Of a DNA stretch of 60,083 nucleotides, positions 8,704 through 18,158 are shown in pieces. The translations under genes were made by a program, and so were the position numbers. Within the stretch, counting starts at the first letter, position 1, and each line of letters begins with the position of its first letter. The stretch spans positions 1-60,083 of the forward strand of contig NZ_JARXWE010000017.1 of NCBI RefSeq assembly GCF_029893235.1, in the 5' to 3' direction. Source of the DNA: Dysgonomonas sp. PH5-45. GTDB taxonomy: Bacteria; Bacteroidota; Bacteroidia; Bacteroidales; Dysgonomonadaceae. A model generated the notes under the pieces. It saw only the letters and a list, made by a program, of their open reading frames with translations, searched no databases and was not told the origin of the DNA.

Positions 8704-10212
8704 TTATTTTTTACAGATAATACCTTTCTTGACAATTGTTATACCTGCCCCGAAAGTGTCTCTTCCAAAATATTTCCCGGTATTGAAACCCAAAGATAGC
8801 TTCACATCCAAATCGGGCATTTTAGGCGGAGTATAGGTCAAGTTGAGCAACGATGCTACACCATCTTTTACCGACTTATAAGGCACATAGTATGTCCCCC
8901 ACGAGCGGCCGGTGGTTGCAAGCAGGTTATATTTGAAGGTTGGATGAAGATATCCCTCAATACCCAAATGAAAAGCAATTATACGGGAACTTTTAAAAAC
9001 CAGACTTCCATCGGTGTTATACTCCGGCGAAAGAAACAAAGGCGTGCCCATAGTACGTCCGTAATACGACCGTCCCTGTACATAATCCAGATTGTTGTAA
9101 TAATTATCGTTCCCGTTTCCTTTATTGCGTATGCCATCGTGCTCATCGTCCATCATCATATTAAAATGGATGGGGCCTGTTTGTTGTTTTGTGTATATGT
9201 ATTCGAGAACAGCTCCCGATAACAATTGTTTTTTGCCCGACTTATACTCCACACCCAGCAACATATCCTTGTAGTTTTCAAAAACCATGCCTGAGCCATC
9301 GTCAAAAAAATGTTGCGTATATAAACTTATACTTTCTTTATCTTTCAGCTTGTAGTCGAGTTTCAAGGTATAGGAACCAACCTGCGAACCGGCAACATAA
9401 GCATTATCACCAAATGTTGATTTGGAAGAACCTTCTTTGGCTATCATTACCCTAAAAAAATCGTCCAATCCCTTGGGTTGCTTCACAATATTGTAACCAC
9501 CGGGCGCATTTTTATCTTTCTGATAGAGGGTTCCGCCCCATTGCACTTGATGGTCTAAACCGAGAGTAAATTGTAATTTATGCTTTCCTTCAATATTACC
9601 GAATCTGAAATAAATGGATTTGTGGTGCGACAACACATCTTTTTCATAGCTTTGCCCATGGGGTTTCGCCACATCTTCCATATAGTTGCCATCCATATAT
9701 TTCCCCACAGCAAAATCGCCTTTGATGTACATATTTCCTTTGGTTTTAGGGATCAAAAGGAATTCCGGAACGCTTATCTTAACTTCCGGCATGGGTCGCG
9801 AATTGTTAGAATAGCTAAAATCACCCGAACTTAAATAAGGATTTAATGAAGAAGTGTAATCTTCCTTCGACCCTATATTTAAGCGAACAAAGCGCCAATT
9901 CAACTCACCATAAAGTTGCTGTATCCAAAGGCTTCCGTACGAATGCGGAGACGAACCCGCAATGTCCAATCCTGCCTTAAAAGACCAATCTTTGTTGATT
10001 TTCTGTTCATGGAAAGCCCCACCTCGCACATAAAAATTATTAGCATCCAACGGAACCATTCCCCAGTTATGGTACTGCATCCAGAAAGGGGTATTATCGC
10101 CCGAAGACACCGAACCGAAAGTCTCGGCTCTATAAGATGTTTCGGACTGCGATACGGCTTTTTCCGCAAAAAAAACGAGACAAGCTATCAGTAAAGTTAT
10201 GTGTGTTTTCAT
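8704..10212 (-). CDS. Outer-membrane beta-barrel protein, possibly a Wzi-family capsule-assembly protein
   Basis: 502 aa with signal peptide MKTHITLLIACLVFFAEKAVSQ. Aromatic/Gly-rich alternating strands and a C-terminal ...ITIVKKGIICKK. The family assignment is by recollection only. Confidence 0.55.
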   Translation of the reverse strand: MKTHITLLIACLVFFAEKAVSQSETSYRAETFGSVSSGDNTPFWMQYHNWGMVPLDANNFYVRGGAFHEQKINKDWSFKAGLDIAGSSPHSYGSLWIQQLYGELNWRFVRLNIGSKEDYTSSLNPYLSSGDFSYSNNSRPMPEVKISVPEFLLIPKTKGNMYIKGDFAVGKYMDGNYMEDVAKPHGQSYEKDVLSHHKSIYFRFGNIEGKHKLQFTLGLDHQVQWGGTLYQKDKNAPGGYNIVKQPKGLDDFFRVMIAKEGSSKSTFGDNAYVAGSQVGSYTLKLDYKLKDKESISLYTQHFFDDGSGMVFENYKDMLLGVEYKSGKKQLLSGAVLEYIYTKQQTGPIHFNMMMDDEHDGIRNKGNGNDNYYNNLDYVQGRSYYGRTMGTPLFLSPEYNTDGSLVFKSSRIIAFHLGIEGYLHPTFKYNLLATTGRSWGTYYVPYKSVKDGVASLLNLTYTPPKMPDLDVKLSLGFNTGKYFGRDTFGAGITIVKKGIICKK

Positions 10213-10220
10213 AGTAACGA

Positions 10221-10634
10221 TCAGTATTTTTTGAAGGTATAGGTCTTCTTATCAACTTCCGACAACAAAACCAACCGTTTGCCGTCAACTTTTTTTATGA
10301 TAAAAGTATTATCAAAATCTGTCCACCCAGAATATTTCAGAAAATCGTCTACCCTATATCTCTGGTCAATGCTTATTTGCACTTTATCGTCGGCCGGAAA
10401 ATCAACATATCCGTAATAAACTTCGGCCTCATTTTCGTTTATAAGATGTGTAAAAGAAAATACCGCCTGTCGCTGGAAGCTATAATACACCGTGTCAACA
10501 TGCGTTGTGTTACCGTTCGTGTCTTCAACCGTTTTCAATTGCCACATACCATTCATGCGGTGTTCCGAATCATCGTTACAGGAAACCAGCAGGAACAGCA
10601 AACCCAAACAAAGATATAATACTCTTTTCATCAT
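10221..10634 (-). CDS. Small lipoprotein (lipocalin-like/DUF-type), function unknown
   Basis: 137 aa with lipoprotein signal MMKRVLYLCLGLLFLLVSC (lipobox LVSC). No catalytic motifs recognised. Confidence 0.65.
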   Translation of the reverse strand: MMKRVLYLCLGLLFLLVSCNDDSEHRMNGMWQLKTVEDTNGNTTHVDTVYYSFQRQAVFSFTHLINENEAEVYYGYVDFPADDKVQISIDQRYRVDDFLKYSGWTDFDNTFIIKKVDGKRLVLLSEVDKKTYTFKKY

Positions 10635-10761
10635 AAATCATTTTAATATCTTCGCAAAAGTATAAAATTATACTCATTCCTGCTTCAAATGTTTTTAACA
10701 ATAGGCATTTATTAATACTTTTGCAACATATTTTTAGAAATCAATACCTTAACAGAAAGTT

Positions 10762-13233
10762 ATGAAATATATTCTTCTCCTTACACTTACAATACTAACA
10801 TTTTCCATAAACACAGCAACCGCTCAAAACCTAAGGGGAAAAGTTACCGATAAAAACGGAGAAGCCGTATACGGAGCTACTGTCTACATAAAAGAACCCA
10901 ATCAGGGATTAGCCTGCAACGAAGAGGGCGAATACCAAACAACCCTATCGCCCGGAAAATACACAATCGAATTCCGATGCTTAGGCCACAAAAGTAAGCA
11001 CAGCACTGTTTCCATAAAAAAAGGAGAAACAACCGTTCTGGATATCGTTCTGGAGAACAGTCCGTTTAACCTGCAAGAAGTTACAATATCGAAGAAAGAA
11101 GATCCCGCCTACGAGATAATGCGGCAGGCAATAAAAAAAGCTCCGGTGCATGCCCGGATGGTAAGCAGCTATAAATCGGAATGTTACATAAAAGGTGTAT
11201 TCGAACTTCAGAAAGTGGGTAAACTCGTCGATATGCTGTCAAAAACGGATGGGATGAAAATGTCGGACATGAAAGACAAGCTTTTTATCCAAGAATCGCT
11301 CAACGAAATAGAATTTACTGCTCCCAACAAGTACGAACAAACGGTAAAAGCGTTTTCGAGCACCATTCCCGACGATTTTGAGGCAAAAGACGCCTTGACG
11401 CTGATGCGGGGGTCGCTCTACGAAGAAAAATTTTCGGGGGCAATTTCGCCTCTCAACCCCTCGGCTTTAGACTACTATAACTTTCGTTACGAAGGCTTTA
11501 CCGAAAACGGGAAAGAAACAATCAACAAAATAAAGGTCATTCCCAAATACGATAACCCCATGCTGTTTAAAGGCTGGGTATATATTGCCGAAGGCACTTG
11601 GGACTTACGCAATGCCGAACTTACGTTTTCCATTATGGGCATCGACCAAGCCTTCAACATTACATATAGCCCGGTCAAAGATGATGTTTACCTCCCCACT
11701 TCTTTTTCGAGCAACATGAAGGCGGATATATTCAGCATCAGCGGTTATTACAACTATCTGGCTTCAATAAAATATCTGGATATCGAAATAAATAAAGAAA
11801 ACGATGTTATTGCCCAGATCGAAGAAAAGAAAAAACGCGACTTCGAAATAAAACTCGATACAAACTATCACGTAAAATCCGACAGTTTAGCAACTAAAAA
11901 AGATTCTACCTTTTGGCTTAGCGTTCGTAATGCTCCCCTCAACGAACGTGAAATAGTCAGTTACGAGATGAAAGACTCCATACAGCACCGTGTGGATTCG
12001 TTGCGTGAAAAAGAAACCAATACCAAATTCCGTTGGGGCAGCATCCTTACAGGCGGAAAAGTGGGAGGCGATTCCACCCGCTTTGAATTTCGTTACGGAG
12101 GGATACTCGGCGCATGGCCTCAGGAGTATAACTTTGCCGATGGCTTTTGGTTAGGGCAAAAATTCACACTTAGCACACGGTTCAATAACCGTAAAAACAA
12201 AATTTCGCTATCGCCACAGGTATATTACACCACCGCCCGCAAAAGCGTTGTGCATAAAACAACCCTCGCACTAAACTATGCCCCCATGAAGCTGGGATAT
12301 GCCTACATTGAAGCCGGAGAAGAATCAACCGACTACAATCCCTACGGGACAAACCGCAAGGACAACACATACGGGTCTTTAATTTTTGGGCGGAACCGTA
12401 GCCAACTTTACAACAAAAAATACTTTGCCGTTGGCAACCTGATAGACATCAGCAACGGTTTGCGTATAGGTGTAGGCTTCACTTCGGCCAAACGTTCGGG
12501 CTTGGAGTGGAACACCAGATATAGCTTTGCCGAAGGTGGCCGGTTTTTAGGAGTGCGAGAAAAAATAGTAGAAAACCGCCCCGAAGCCAAAGACTTTAAC
12601 CTGACCGCATACAGCGTACTGCTTACATACTCGCCCTACGCTTACTATTCGGTGTACAACGGGCAAAAAAGATACCGCGAAATCACATCACCCACCTTCA
12701 AGTTACTATACAGCGAAGGCTTTTCTGGTTGGCATTCCAACAGCTCACGCTTCCGCAAGCTGCAAGGAGAGATAAGGCAAGGCATCAAGTTGGGATATTT
12801 CTCGTATTTGGCTTACAGTGTAGAAGGTGGAGCATTTTTAGGAAATAAATCGAAAACGCATTTTGCCGATTATAAACACTTCGATGCCACAGATTATGTA
12901 GTGATGCGCAAAAGCGCGTATTCGTCCTTCCTGCTTATCGACAGCTACGAGGCATCCACAAACGACTATTGGGTACAGACGCAACTCAATTATTCGTCGC
13001 AATACCTTCTGCTGAAGCGGCTCCCGTTCTTGCAGAGAAAACTTTTTCGCGAAAACCTGCACCTCAAAGCCCTACATACCCCTAATCTGAAATATTATTC
13101 GGAAGTCGGTTATTCGATAGACCTGTTAGGTTTCCTGAATTGTGGTATCTTTGCATCGTTCAAAAAATTCGATTACGATAAATTCGGAGTACGCCTTTCT
13201 ATCAGAACAGGCTTGTTTGGAGGAAACGATTAA
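10762..13233 (+). CDS. Carboxypeptidase-regulatory-like domain / DUF5686 family outer-membrane-associated protein
   Basis: 823 aa with signal peptide MKYILLLTLTILTFSINTATAQ, followed by a CarboxypepD_reg-like beta-sandwich (LRGKVTDKNGEAVYGATVYIKE...GKYTIEFRCLGHK). The body is long, with no recognisable catalytic motifs. Typical of the Bacteroidetes DUF5686 architecture. Confidence 0.6.
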   Translation: MKYILLLTLTILTFSINTATAQNLRGKVTDKNGEAVYGATVYIKEPNQGLACNEEGEYQTTLSPGKYTIEFRCLGHKSKHSTVSIKKGETTVLDIVLENSPFNLQEVTISKKEDPAYEIMRQAIKKAPVHARMVSSYKSECYIKGVFELQKVGKLVDMLSKTDGMKMSDMKDKLFIQESLNEIEFTAPNKYEQTVKAFSSTIPDDFEAKDALTLMRGSLYEEKFSGAISPLNPSALDYYNFRYEGFTENGKETINKIKVIPKYDNPMLFKGWVYIAEGTWDLRNAELTFSIMGIDQAFNITYSPVKDDVYLPTSFSSNMKADIFSISGYYNYLASIKYLDIEINKENDVIAQIEEKKKRDFEIKLDTNYHVKSDSLATKKDSTFWLSVRNAPLNEREIVSYEMKDSIQHRVDSLREKETNTKFRWGSILTGGKVGGDSTRFEFRYGGILGAWPQEYNFADGFWLGQKFTLSTRFNNRKNKISLSPQVYYTTARKSVVHKTTLALNYAPMKLGYAYIEAGEESTDYNPYGTNRKDNTYGSLIFGRNRSQLYNKKYFAVGNLIDISNGLRIGVGFTSAKRSGLEWNTRYSFAEGGRFLGVREKIVENRPEAKDFNLTAYSVLLTYSPYAYYSVYNGQKRYREITSPTFKLLYSEGFSGWHSNSSRFRKLQGEIRQGIKLGYFSYLAYSVEGGAFLGNKSKTHFADYKHFDATDYVVMRKSAYSSFLLIDSYEASTNDYWVQTQLNYSSQYLLLKRLPFLQRKLFRENLHLKALHTPNLKYYSEVGYSIDLLGFLNCGIFASFKKFDYDKFGVRLSIRTGLFGGND

Positions 13234-13235
13234 AA

Positions 13236-14141
13236 ATGACAAACATTAAACCTTGGATATCGGCTCTGCGTCCGCGCACGCTTTTTCTGGCCGTGGCCAC
13301 AACCATTTGCGGTAGCGGTATGGCTATGAGCGCAGGGCGGTTCAGCACGAGCATATGTATCCTGACGATACTGACTGCCACCTTGCTACAACTGCTCTCT
13401 AATCTGGCTAACGACTTGGGCGATTTTCAGCACGGAACAGACATCACCGGTAAGCGCCTTGGCCCCATCCGTGCCGTTCAGAGTGGAAAAATCACTCCAC
13501 GCCAAATGCTCACAGCCATAGGCGTTACGGCTGCATGCTCTGCCATTGTGGGATTATGCCTTATTTACAAGGCATCGCAATTTATGAGCATATACGTAAT
13601 ACTGCTTTTTATCGCTCTGGGGGCGACATCTATATGGGCAGCCATAAAATACACGGCAGGGAAAAACCCATACGGATACAAAGGCTTAGGCGATGTGTTT
13701 TCTTTTCTGTTTTTTGGTCCGGTATCGGTAGTGGGTACTTATTTTTTGCATACCCAAACCGTAGATTTCCGGCCTTGGTTACCGGCAATAGCTTTAGGGT
13801 TTTTCACAGCCGCCGTTCTTAATATCAACAACATGCGCGACATGGAAAACGACAAGGCTTCGGGCAAAATAACACTCGTTATCCGTATCGGATTGGCAAA
13901 CGCAAAACGCTATCACACACTACTTACCTTTGGCGGAATAGGCTGTTTTGTCTGTTACAGTGCCTTATACGCAACAGCGTGGCATCAATGGCTTTATGTG
14001 GTGGCTTTTGTACCTTTTTTAGTGATTCTGCGCAATATTTTCAAAACAAGCAACAATAAAGCCTTAGACCCTTATCTGAAGTTTACATCTATGTCTGCAT
14101 TCTTGCTTTCAATCCTTTTTGTGGTATGTATAAACCTGTAA
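13236..14141 (+). CDS. menA: 1,4-dihydroxy-2-naphthoate octaprenyltransferase (UbiA superfamily)
   Basis: 301-aa polytopic membrane protein. NDLGDFQHGTD (NDxxDxxxD-type first Asp-rich motif) and a second YTAGKNPYGYKGLGD motif match the MenA/UbiA prenyltransferases. Confidence 0.85.
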   Translation: MTNIKPWISALRPRTLFLAVATTICGSGMAMSAGRFSTSICILTILTATLLQLLSNLANDLGDFQHGTDITGKRLGPIRAVQSGKITPRQMLTAIGVTAACSAIVGLCLIYKASQFMSIYVILLFIALGATSIWAAIKYTAGKNPYGYKGLGDVFSFLFFGPVSVVGTYFLHTQTVDFRPWLPAIALGFFTAAVLNINNMRDMENDKASGKITLVIRIGLANAKRYHTLLTFGGIGCFVCYSALYATAWHQWLYVVAFVPFLVILRNIFKTSNNKALDPYLKFTSMSAFLLSILFVVCINL

Positions 14142-14145
14142 AAGT

Positions 14146-14937
14146 ATGGGAAAAATAAAAACTGATAAACTCAACGGCATACCCGAAACCCTGCTTATAC
14201 CACTCTATTACAGGTCGGTGTTGGCCGGAGAAGATAATCCCTTGATAGATGCTACATACGACAGGGATATAGTAAAGGCCATCGACTACGATTTTTCTAA
14301 ATTTGAAGCCGACCAACGCTCTCTAATCGGCATAGCAAGCAGAACACATATTATTGATAATATTACCCGCCAATGGCTAAAAGAACATCCAAACGGAATT
14401 ATCATTAATATCGGTGCGGGGTTGGATACCCGCCCTTTACGCTTCCCGGCGGCCAGATGGTATAACGTTGATTTACCGGAGTCAGTAAATATCAGAGAGA
14501 AACTCGTGCCGGCAAATAATGAAGTGAATATCGCCGCCGATGCTTTCCAAAGGGATTGGATAACGCAAATTCCTAAACATAACGATGTACTCATCATTTG
14601 CGAAGCCCTCCTTATGTTTTTCCCACCGGAAAAAGTGAAAAGCTTTTTCCAGTCCATAGCATCCGTTTTTCATGATTCGTTGTTGGTATTCGAAACAATA
14701 CCCCAAATGATGGCACGCAAAAAGAAAATGAACGGCAATCCCCTGCTATGGGCAAACGAAAATCTGACCGAAGTAGAAAACTGGGATTCCCGGTTACATA
14801 CCATAGCTACATATTATCTGCCCGATTGTTTCTCCGACAGGTGGCAAGAAGCATACGCAACACTTAGTCCATTGTTAAACGACGAACTGAAAAAAGGCTT
14901 TAAAGTGGCTGTGATGGCAGTAAACCAAAGGTTGTGA
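14146..14937 (+). CDS. Class I SAM-dependent methyltransferase, LCM/TcmP (leucine carboxyl methyltransferase-like) family
   Basis: 263 aa. The IINIGAGLDTRPLRF motif is the hallmark SAM-binding motif of Pfam LCM/TcmP-type O-methyltransferases. Starts 5 bp after the menA stop. Confidence 0.7.
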   Translation: MGKIKTDKLNGIPETLLIPLYYRSVLAGEDNPLIDATYDRDIVKAIDYDFSKFEADQRSLIGIASRTHIIDNITRQWLKEHPNGIIINIGAGLDTRPLRFPAARWYNVDLPESVNIREKLVPANNEVNIAADAFQRDWITQIPKHNDVLIICEALLMFFPPEKVKSFFQSIASVFHDSLLVFETIPQMMARKKKMNGNPLLWANENLTEVENWDSRLHTIATYYLPDCFSDRWQEAYATLSPLLNDELKKGFKVAVMAVNQRL

Positions 14938-14946
14938 TTTATTTGC

Positions 14947-15666
14947 TCAATTTACGGAGGCATTGATACGCTCCCGGATCTTTGCCCAAGCATGGGTATC
15001 GAACAGGCAACTATTGCGCATCGTCCGATACATTTCTTTGAACCTCGACATCGGTATTGTGTAGCTCAATATATTGGCCTCGAAGTAAGGACGTACCGAT
15101 GGGTCGAAAAACCCGACGAAAGTACGCTTGCCTCCCTCCTTGTTCTCAAGAATTGGTTGTGTTACCACACTACTGCAACCCGAACCAAATGTAGAAGTTA
15201 CCGCCTCGTGGCTGTTATTATCGAAGAAAGCCCACGCAGTAAGCCCCGAAAGCACATCGGGCGTTGCAAGGAAAAGAATGGCTTCCACTTTATCAAACGT
15301 ATCCAGCTTATCGACCCGTACAAAGTTCAGAAATCTGGCCTGTGTTCTGGAAACTCTTATCGATTCTATAAATTCCAATACCATTTCCGGAGTTTGTTTA
15401 TACCTTTCTTTCAACGAAACAAAATTGGGTATGAAATCCGACATTTCGCTAAACCCTGTATAGAATTTCCCTCCCAAACAGCCAATAGTATCGGCATTGA
15501 GACTGACTGGTTCGCCTCGACGAACATCTTTCATTGCTTTAAAGAAACATCCTCCTATTTTTTCGGTTTGGGCAAGGGGTACATCCGAATACCAGAACGC
15601 AATGGGTAGTTCGGGCGCCGGGCCAAATGCTTCCCTGTAATTGTCGATAAATATACTGACTTCCAT
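14947..15666 (-). CDS. Hypothetical protein (possibly DUF169 family)
   Basis: About 240 aa from the internal Met (MEVSIFIDNYREAFG...). The track ORF extends to 15699. No diagnostic motif. Family assignment is weak. Confidence 0.5.
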   Translation of the reverse strand: MEVSIFIDNYREAFGPAPELPIAFWYSDVPLAQTEKIGGCFFKAMKDVRRGEPVSLNADTIGCLGGKFYTGFSEMSDFIPNFVSLKERYKQTPEMVLEFIESIRVSRTQARFLNFVRVDKLDTFDKVEAILFLATPDVLSGLTAWAFFDNNSHEAVTSTFGSGCSSVVTQPILENKEGGKRTFVGFFDPSVRPYFEANILSYTIPMSRFKEMYRTMRNSCLFDTHAWAKIRERINASVN

Positions 15667-15861
15667 AGTTTTTTTATTTGATTCGTGTCCGTACAACAAA
15701 TATACTCCGAAAATAATGTATTACAAAAGATTCGAGGTAGGTAAAAAAACAAAATATAGTAGACCTAAGAATCAGTTTGTTATATATTGGTTCACACTTT
15801 TTAGTTCTGTTTTTTGATAATTTAGGTTACCTTTGTTATTCGTAATTGCTGAAAAAACTAA

Positions 15862-16521
15862 ATGACGAGTAGCATTTTATATGGAATATTGATAGGTATT
15901 CTTGTATCGGCTCCAATGGGGCCTATTGGCGTATTATGCATACAACGGACACTCAACGAAGGCCGGAAGCATGGCCTGCTGACCGGCGTAGGAGCAATGC
16001 TCTCTGATATGGTTTATGCCATAATAGCCGGCTTGGGCATGGGTTTCGTTGTAGAGTTTATAGAAAACAACCACTACCCTATCCAGATATTAGGCAGTTT
16101 GGTTCTCCTTGTGTTTGGATATTTTGTTTCTAAATCGAACCCTGCGGCAAATCTGAAGAAACAAGACGAAACAAAAAAAGCCACACCTTATTGGAAAATT
16201 CTGCTTTCGTCTTTCTTTCTGAACCTCTCGAACATAGGTATCTTTTTCTTTTTCATAGCCATGTTTGCCCGCTTCACATTCATATCGCCCAACAACGTAA
16301 AAGAAAGTTTTGTAGGGCTTCTGTCTATCAGCGTAGGCATACTGCTGTGGTGGTTTCTTGTTTCGTATGTCGTAAATAAGGTCAGCACACGGTTCAACCC
16401 CCGCGCATTGATGGTTTTTAACCGCATATTGGGCTATATTCTTATCCTTATAGGTATTATTGGTACAATATCGGGTATTTACAATTGGATAAACCTGAGA
16501 TACAACATATTACCCATATAA
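15862..16521 (+). CDS. LysE/RhtB-family amino-acid exporter
   Basis: 219 aa with about 6 TM segments. The N-terminal ILYGILIGILVSAPMGPIGVLCIQRTL matches the conserved first helix of LysE/RhtB translocators. Confidence 0.75.
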   Translation: MTSSILYGILIGILVSAPMGPIGVLCIQRTLNEGRKHGLLTGVGAMLSDMVYAIIAGLGMGFVVEFIENNHYPIQILGSLVLLVFGYFVSKSNPAANLKKQDETKKATPYWKILLSSFFLNLSNIGIFFFFIAMFARFTFISPNNVKESFVGLLSISVGILLWWFLVSYVVNKVSTRFNPRALMVFNRILGYILILIGIIGTISGIYNWINLRYNILPI

Positions 16522-16548
16522 ACCCCACTCAAAAAAAATCTAATTATT

Positions 16549-16947
16549 ATGGATATCCTGTTTATTATCATTCTTCTTGTTATCGGAATTTTACAAATAA
16601 TTCTTTTCTTCAAGATTTGGGGTATGACCAACAACGTGCGCGCACTGAAAGGGAAACCACACCATATCATGCCAAGGTGTTCGGACGAAATGCCTTTATC
16701 TCAATTTAAATCAGACTTTTATTTCTTGTCATGCAACGGATATAAGGACGAAGCCAAAAGACTTCTACTCTCCAGAATATGGGAATGCAGCGATATGGCA
16801 ACTCTTATAAGGTGTAAAAATCTCAAAACTTTTGATGAAACTTATGCCAATTTAAAAAGCGCATATTCGTATTTTTTTGAATATATTGGCGAAGAGTTCC
16901 CTACATACAACCAAATAAGAAAAGATAAAGAAGCCAGCGCGTCTTAA
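16549..16947 (+). CDS. Hypothetical membrane-anchored protein
   Basis: 132 aa with a single N-terminal TM helix (MDILFIIILLVIGILQIILFF) followed by a soluble, Cys-containing domain. No homology recognised. Confidence 0.45.
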   Translation: MDILFIIILLVIGILQIILFFKIWGMTNNVRALKGKPHHIMPRCSDEMPLSQFKSDFYFLSCNGYKDEAKRLLLSRIWECSDMATLIRCKNLKTFDETYANLKSAYSYFFEYIGEEFPTYNQIRKDKEASAS

Positions 16948-16951
16948 TTTC

Positions 16952-18031
16952 CTAAAACCACCCCTTTCGTTTTAGCAACCAGATAGCCACTACCGTAACC
17001 AAAGCCATAACTCCCCAAGCAAAAAGGTATCCGTATTGCCAATTCAGTTCGGGCATTACATCAAAGTTCATACCCCAAACACCTACTAAAAATGTCAGGG
17101 GAATAAATATGGACGAAACAATGGTCAGCCGCTTAATAATATCGTTCATCCGCTGGTTATTATTATTGTAATATAAGTCTTGGAGCGACCTCAACGATTC
17201 GCTATAAATATCCAAATCGCCCAGCGAAGCACGCAACTTATCGTCAAAGTCATTGAAGTATATCAAACTCTCGACCGATATCAGATTGTTGGAGTTGTGC
17301 AACAGGTTCACATATTCTTCACGCATGGGCGATATAATACGCCTCATCGACATATAATTAGCTTTGCCATTACGGATAATACCCATAACATTTATATCCG
17401 TGTCCGCTTTATCTATCAGTAAATCCTCCAAATCGCTAAGCCGGTCGATAAATTGGTAAATCGCACCATCAATCTGTGCATAAATGCTATTGAGGAGGAT
17501 ATACAATAAATAATCGGCTGCTTTTTCGCGCAATTGCACCTGTGCCCCTCCGATAGCTTGCTCCACTTCATCAAAAAGCGGATTGCCCGATTCCTGAAAA
17601 GTAATCACAAAACCTTTCCCCAAAACCAAGACCAGTTGTTCTGTTTCGAGCATTTTATCTTCATTTACATAAGCATCCGATATGAACATCAAAGTGGTTT
17701 CCGGGTAAGCCACAACACGGGTCATTCGCTGTCCGGAAAACATGTTTCGTACATCAAACCTCTCAACCCCCAGTTCCTTACATATTGCCGAAATACGCTT
17801 TATATCGGTAAAGCCTACAACCTTAAACCACGATACGGTTCCCGGTTTGAGACAGTCGTACAGCCGAGTGTCTGGCAAAACATCTTTTACGGTAACCTGA
17901 AGTTTATCGTACTGTATAAGCCTCACTGTTGTAGGGATATCGAAGTTACCACCGTAAATTATATTCTCTGACAGGTGATGGGCATATGCCCTTTTACGAG
18001 GCTTTATCTTTCTGTTTGGGTGTTTTGACAT
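16952..18031 (-). CDS. corA: Magnesium/cobalt transporter CorA
   Basis: 359 aa. C-terminal two-TM region with the signature YGMNF (GMN motif): ...FLVGVWGMNFDVMPEL.... N-terminal cytoplasmic funnel domain. Confidence 0.88.
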   Translation of the reverse strand: MSKHPNRKIKPRKRAYAHHLSENIIYGGNFDIPTTVRLIQYDKLQVTVKDVLPDTRLYDCLKPGTVSWFKVVGFTDIKRISAICKELGVERFDVRNMFSGQRMTRVVAYPETTLMFISDAYVNEDKMLETEQLVLVLGKGFVITFQESGNPLFDEVEQAIGGAQVQLREKAADYLLYILLNSIYAQIDGAIYQFIDRLSDLEDLLIDKADTDINVMGIIRNGKANYMSMRRIISPMREEYVNLLHNSNNLISVESLIYFNDFDDKLRASLGDLDIYSESLRSLQDLYYNNNNQRMNDIIKRLTIVSSIFIPLTFLVGVWGMNFDVMPELNWQYGYLFAWGVMALVTVVAIWLLKRKGWF

Positions 18032-18158
18032 GGCGATTCTAAAAATAATATATTATATTTGTTGGCTTATTAATGTAACAAACAGAAAGTAAAATAGCAT
18101 CCCCTAAAAGAACTGAATTTCTATAACTTTTTTTAAACCGAATACATTAAAACACAGA

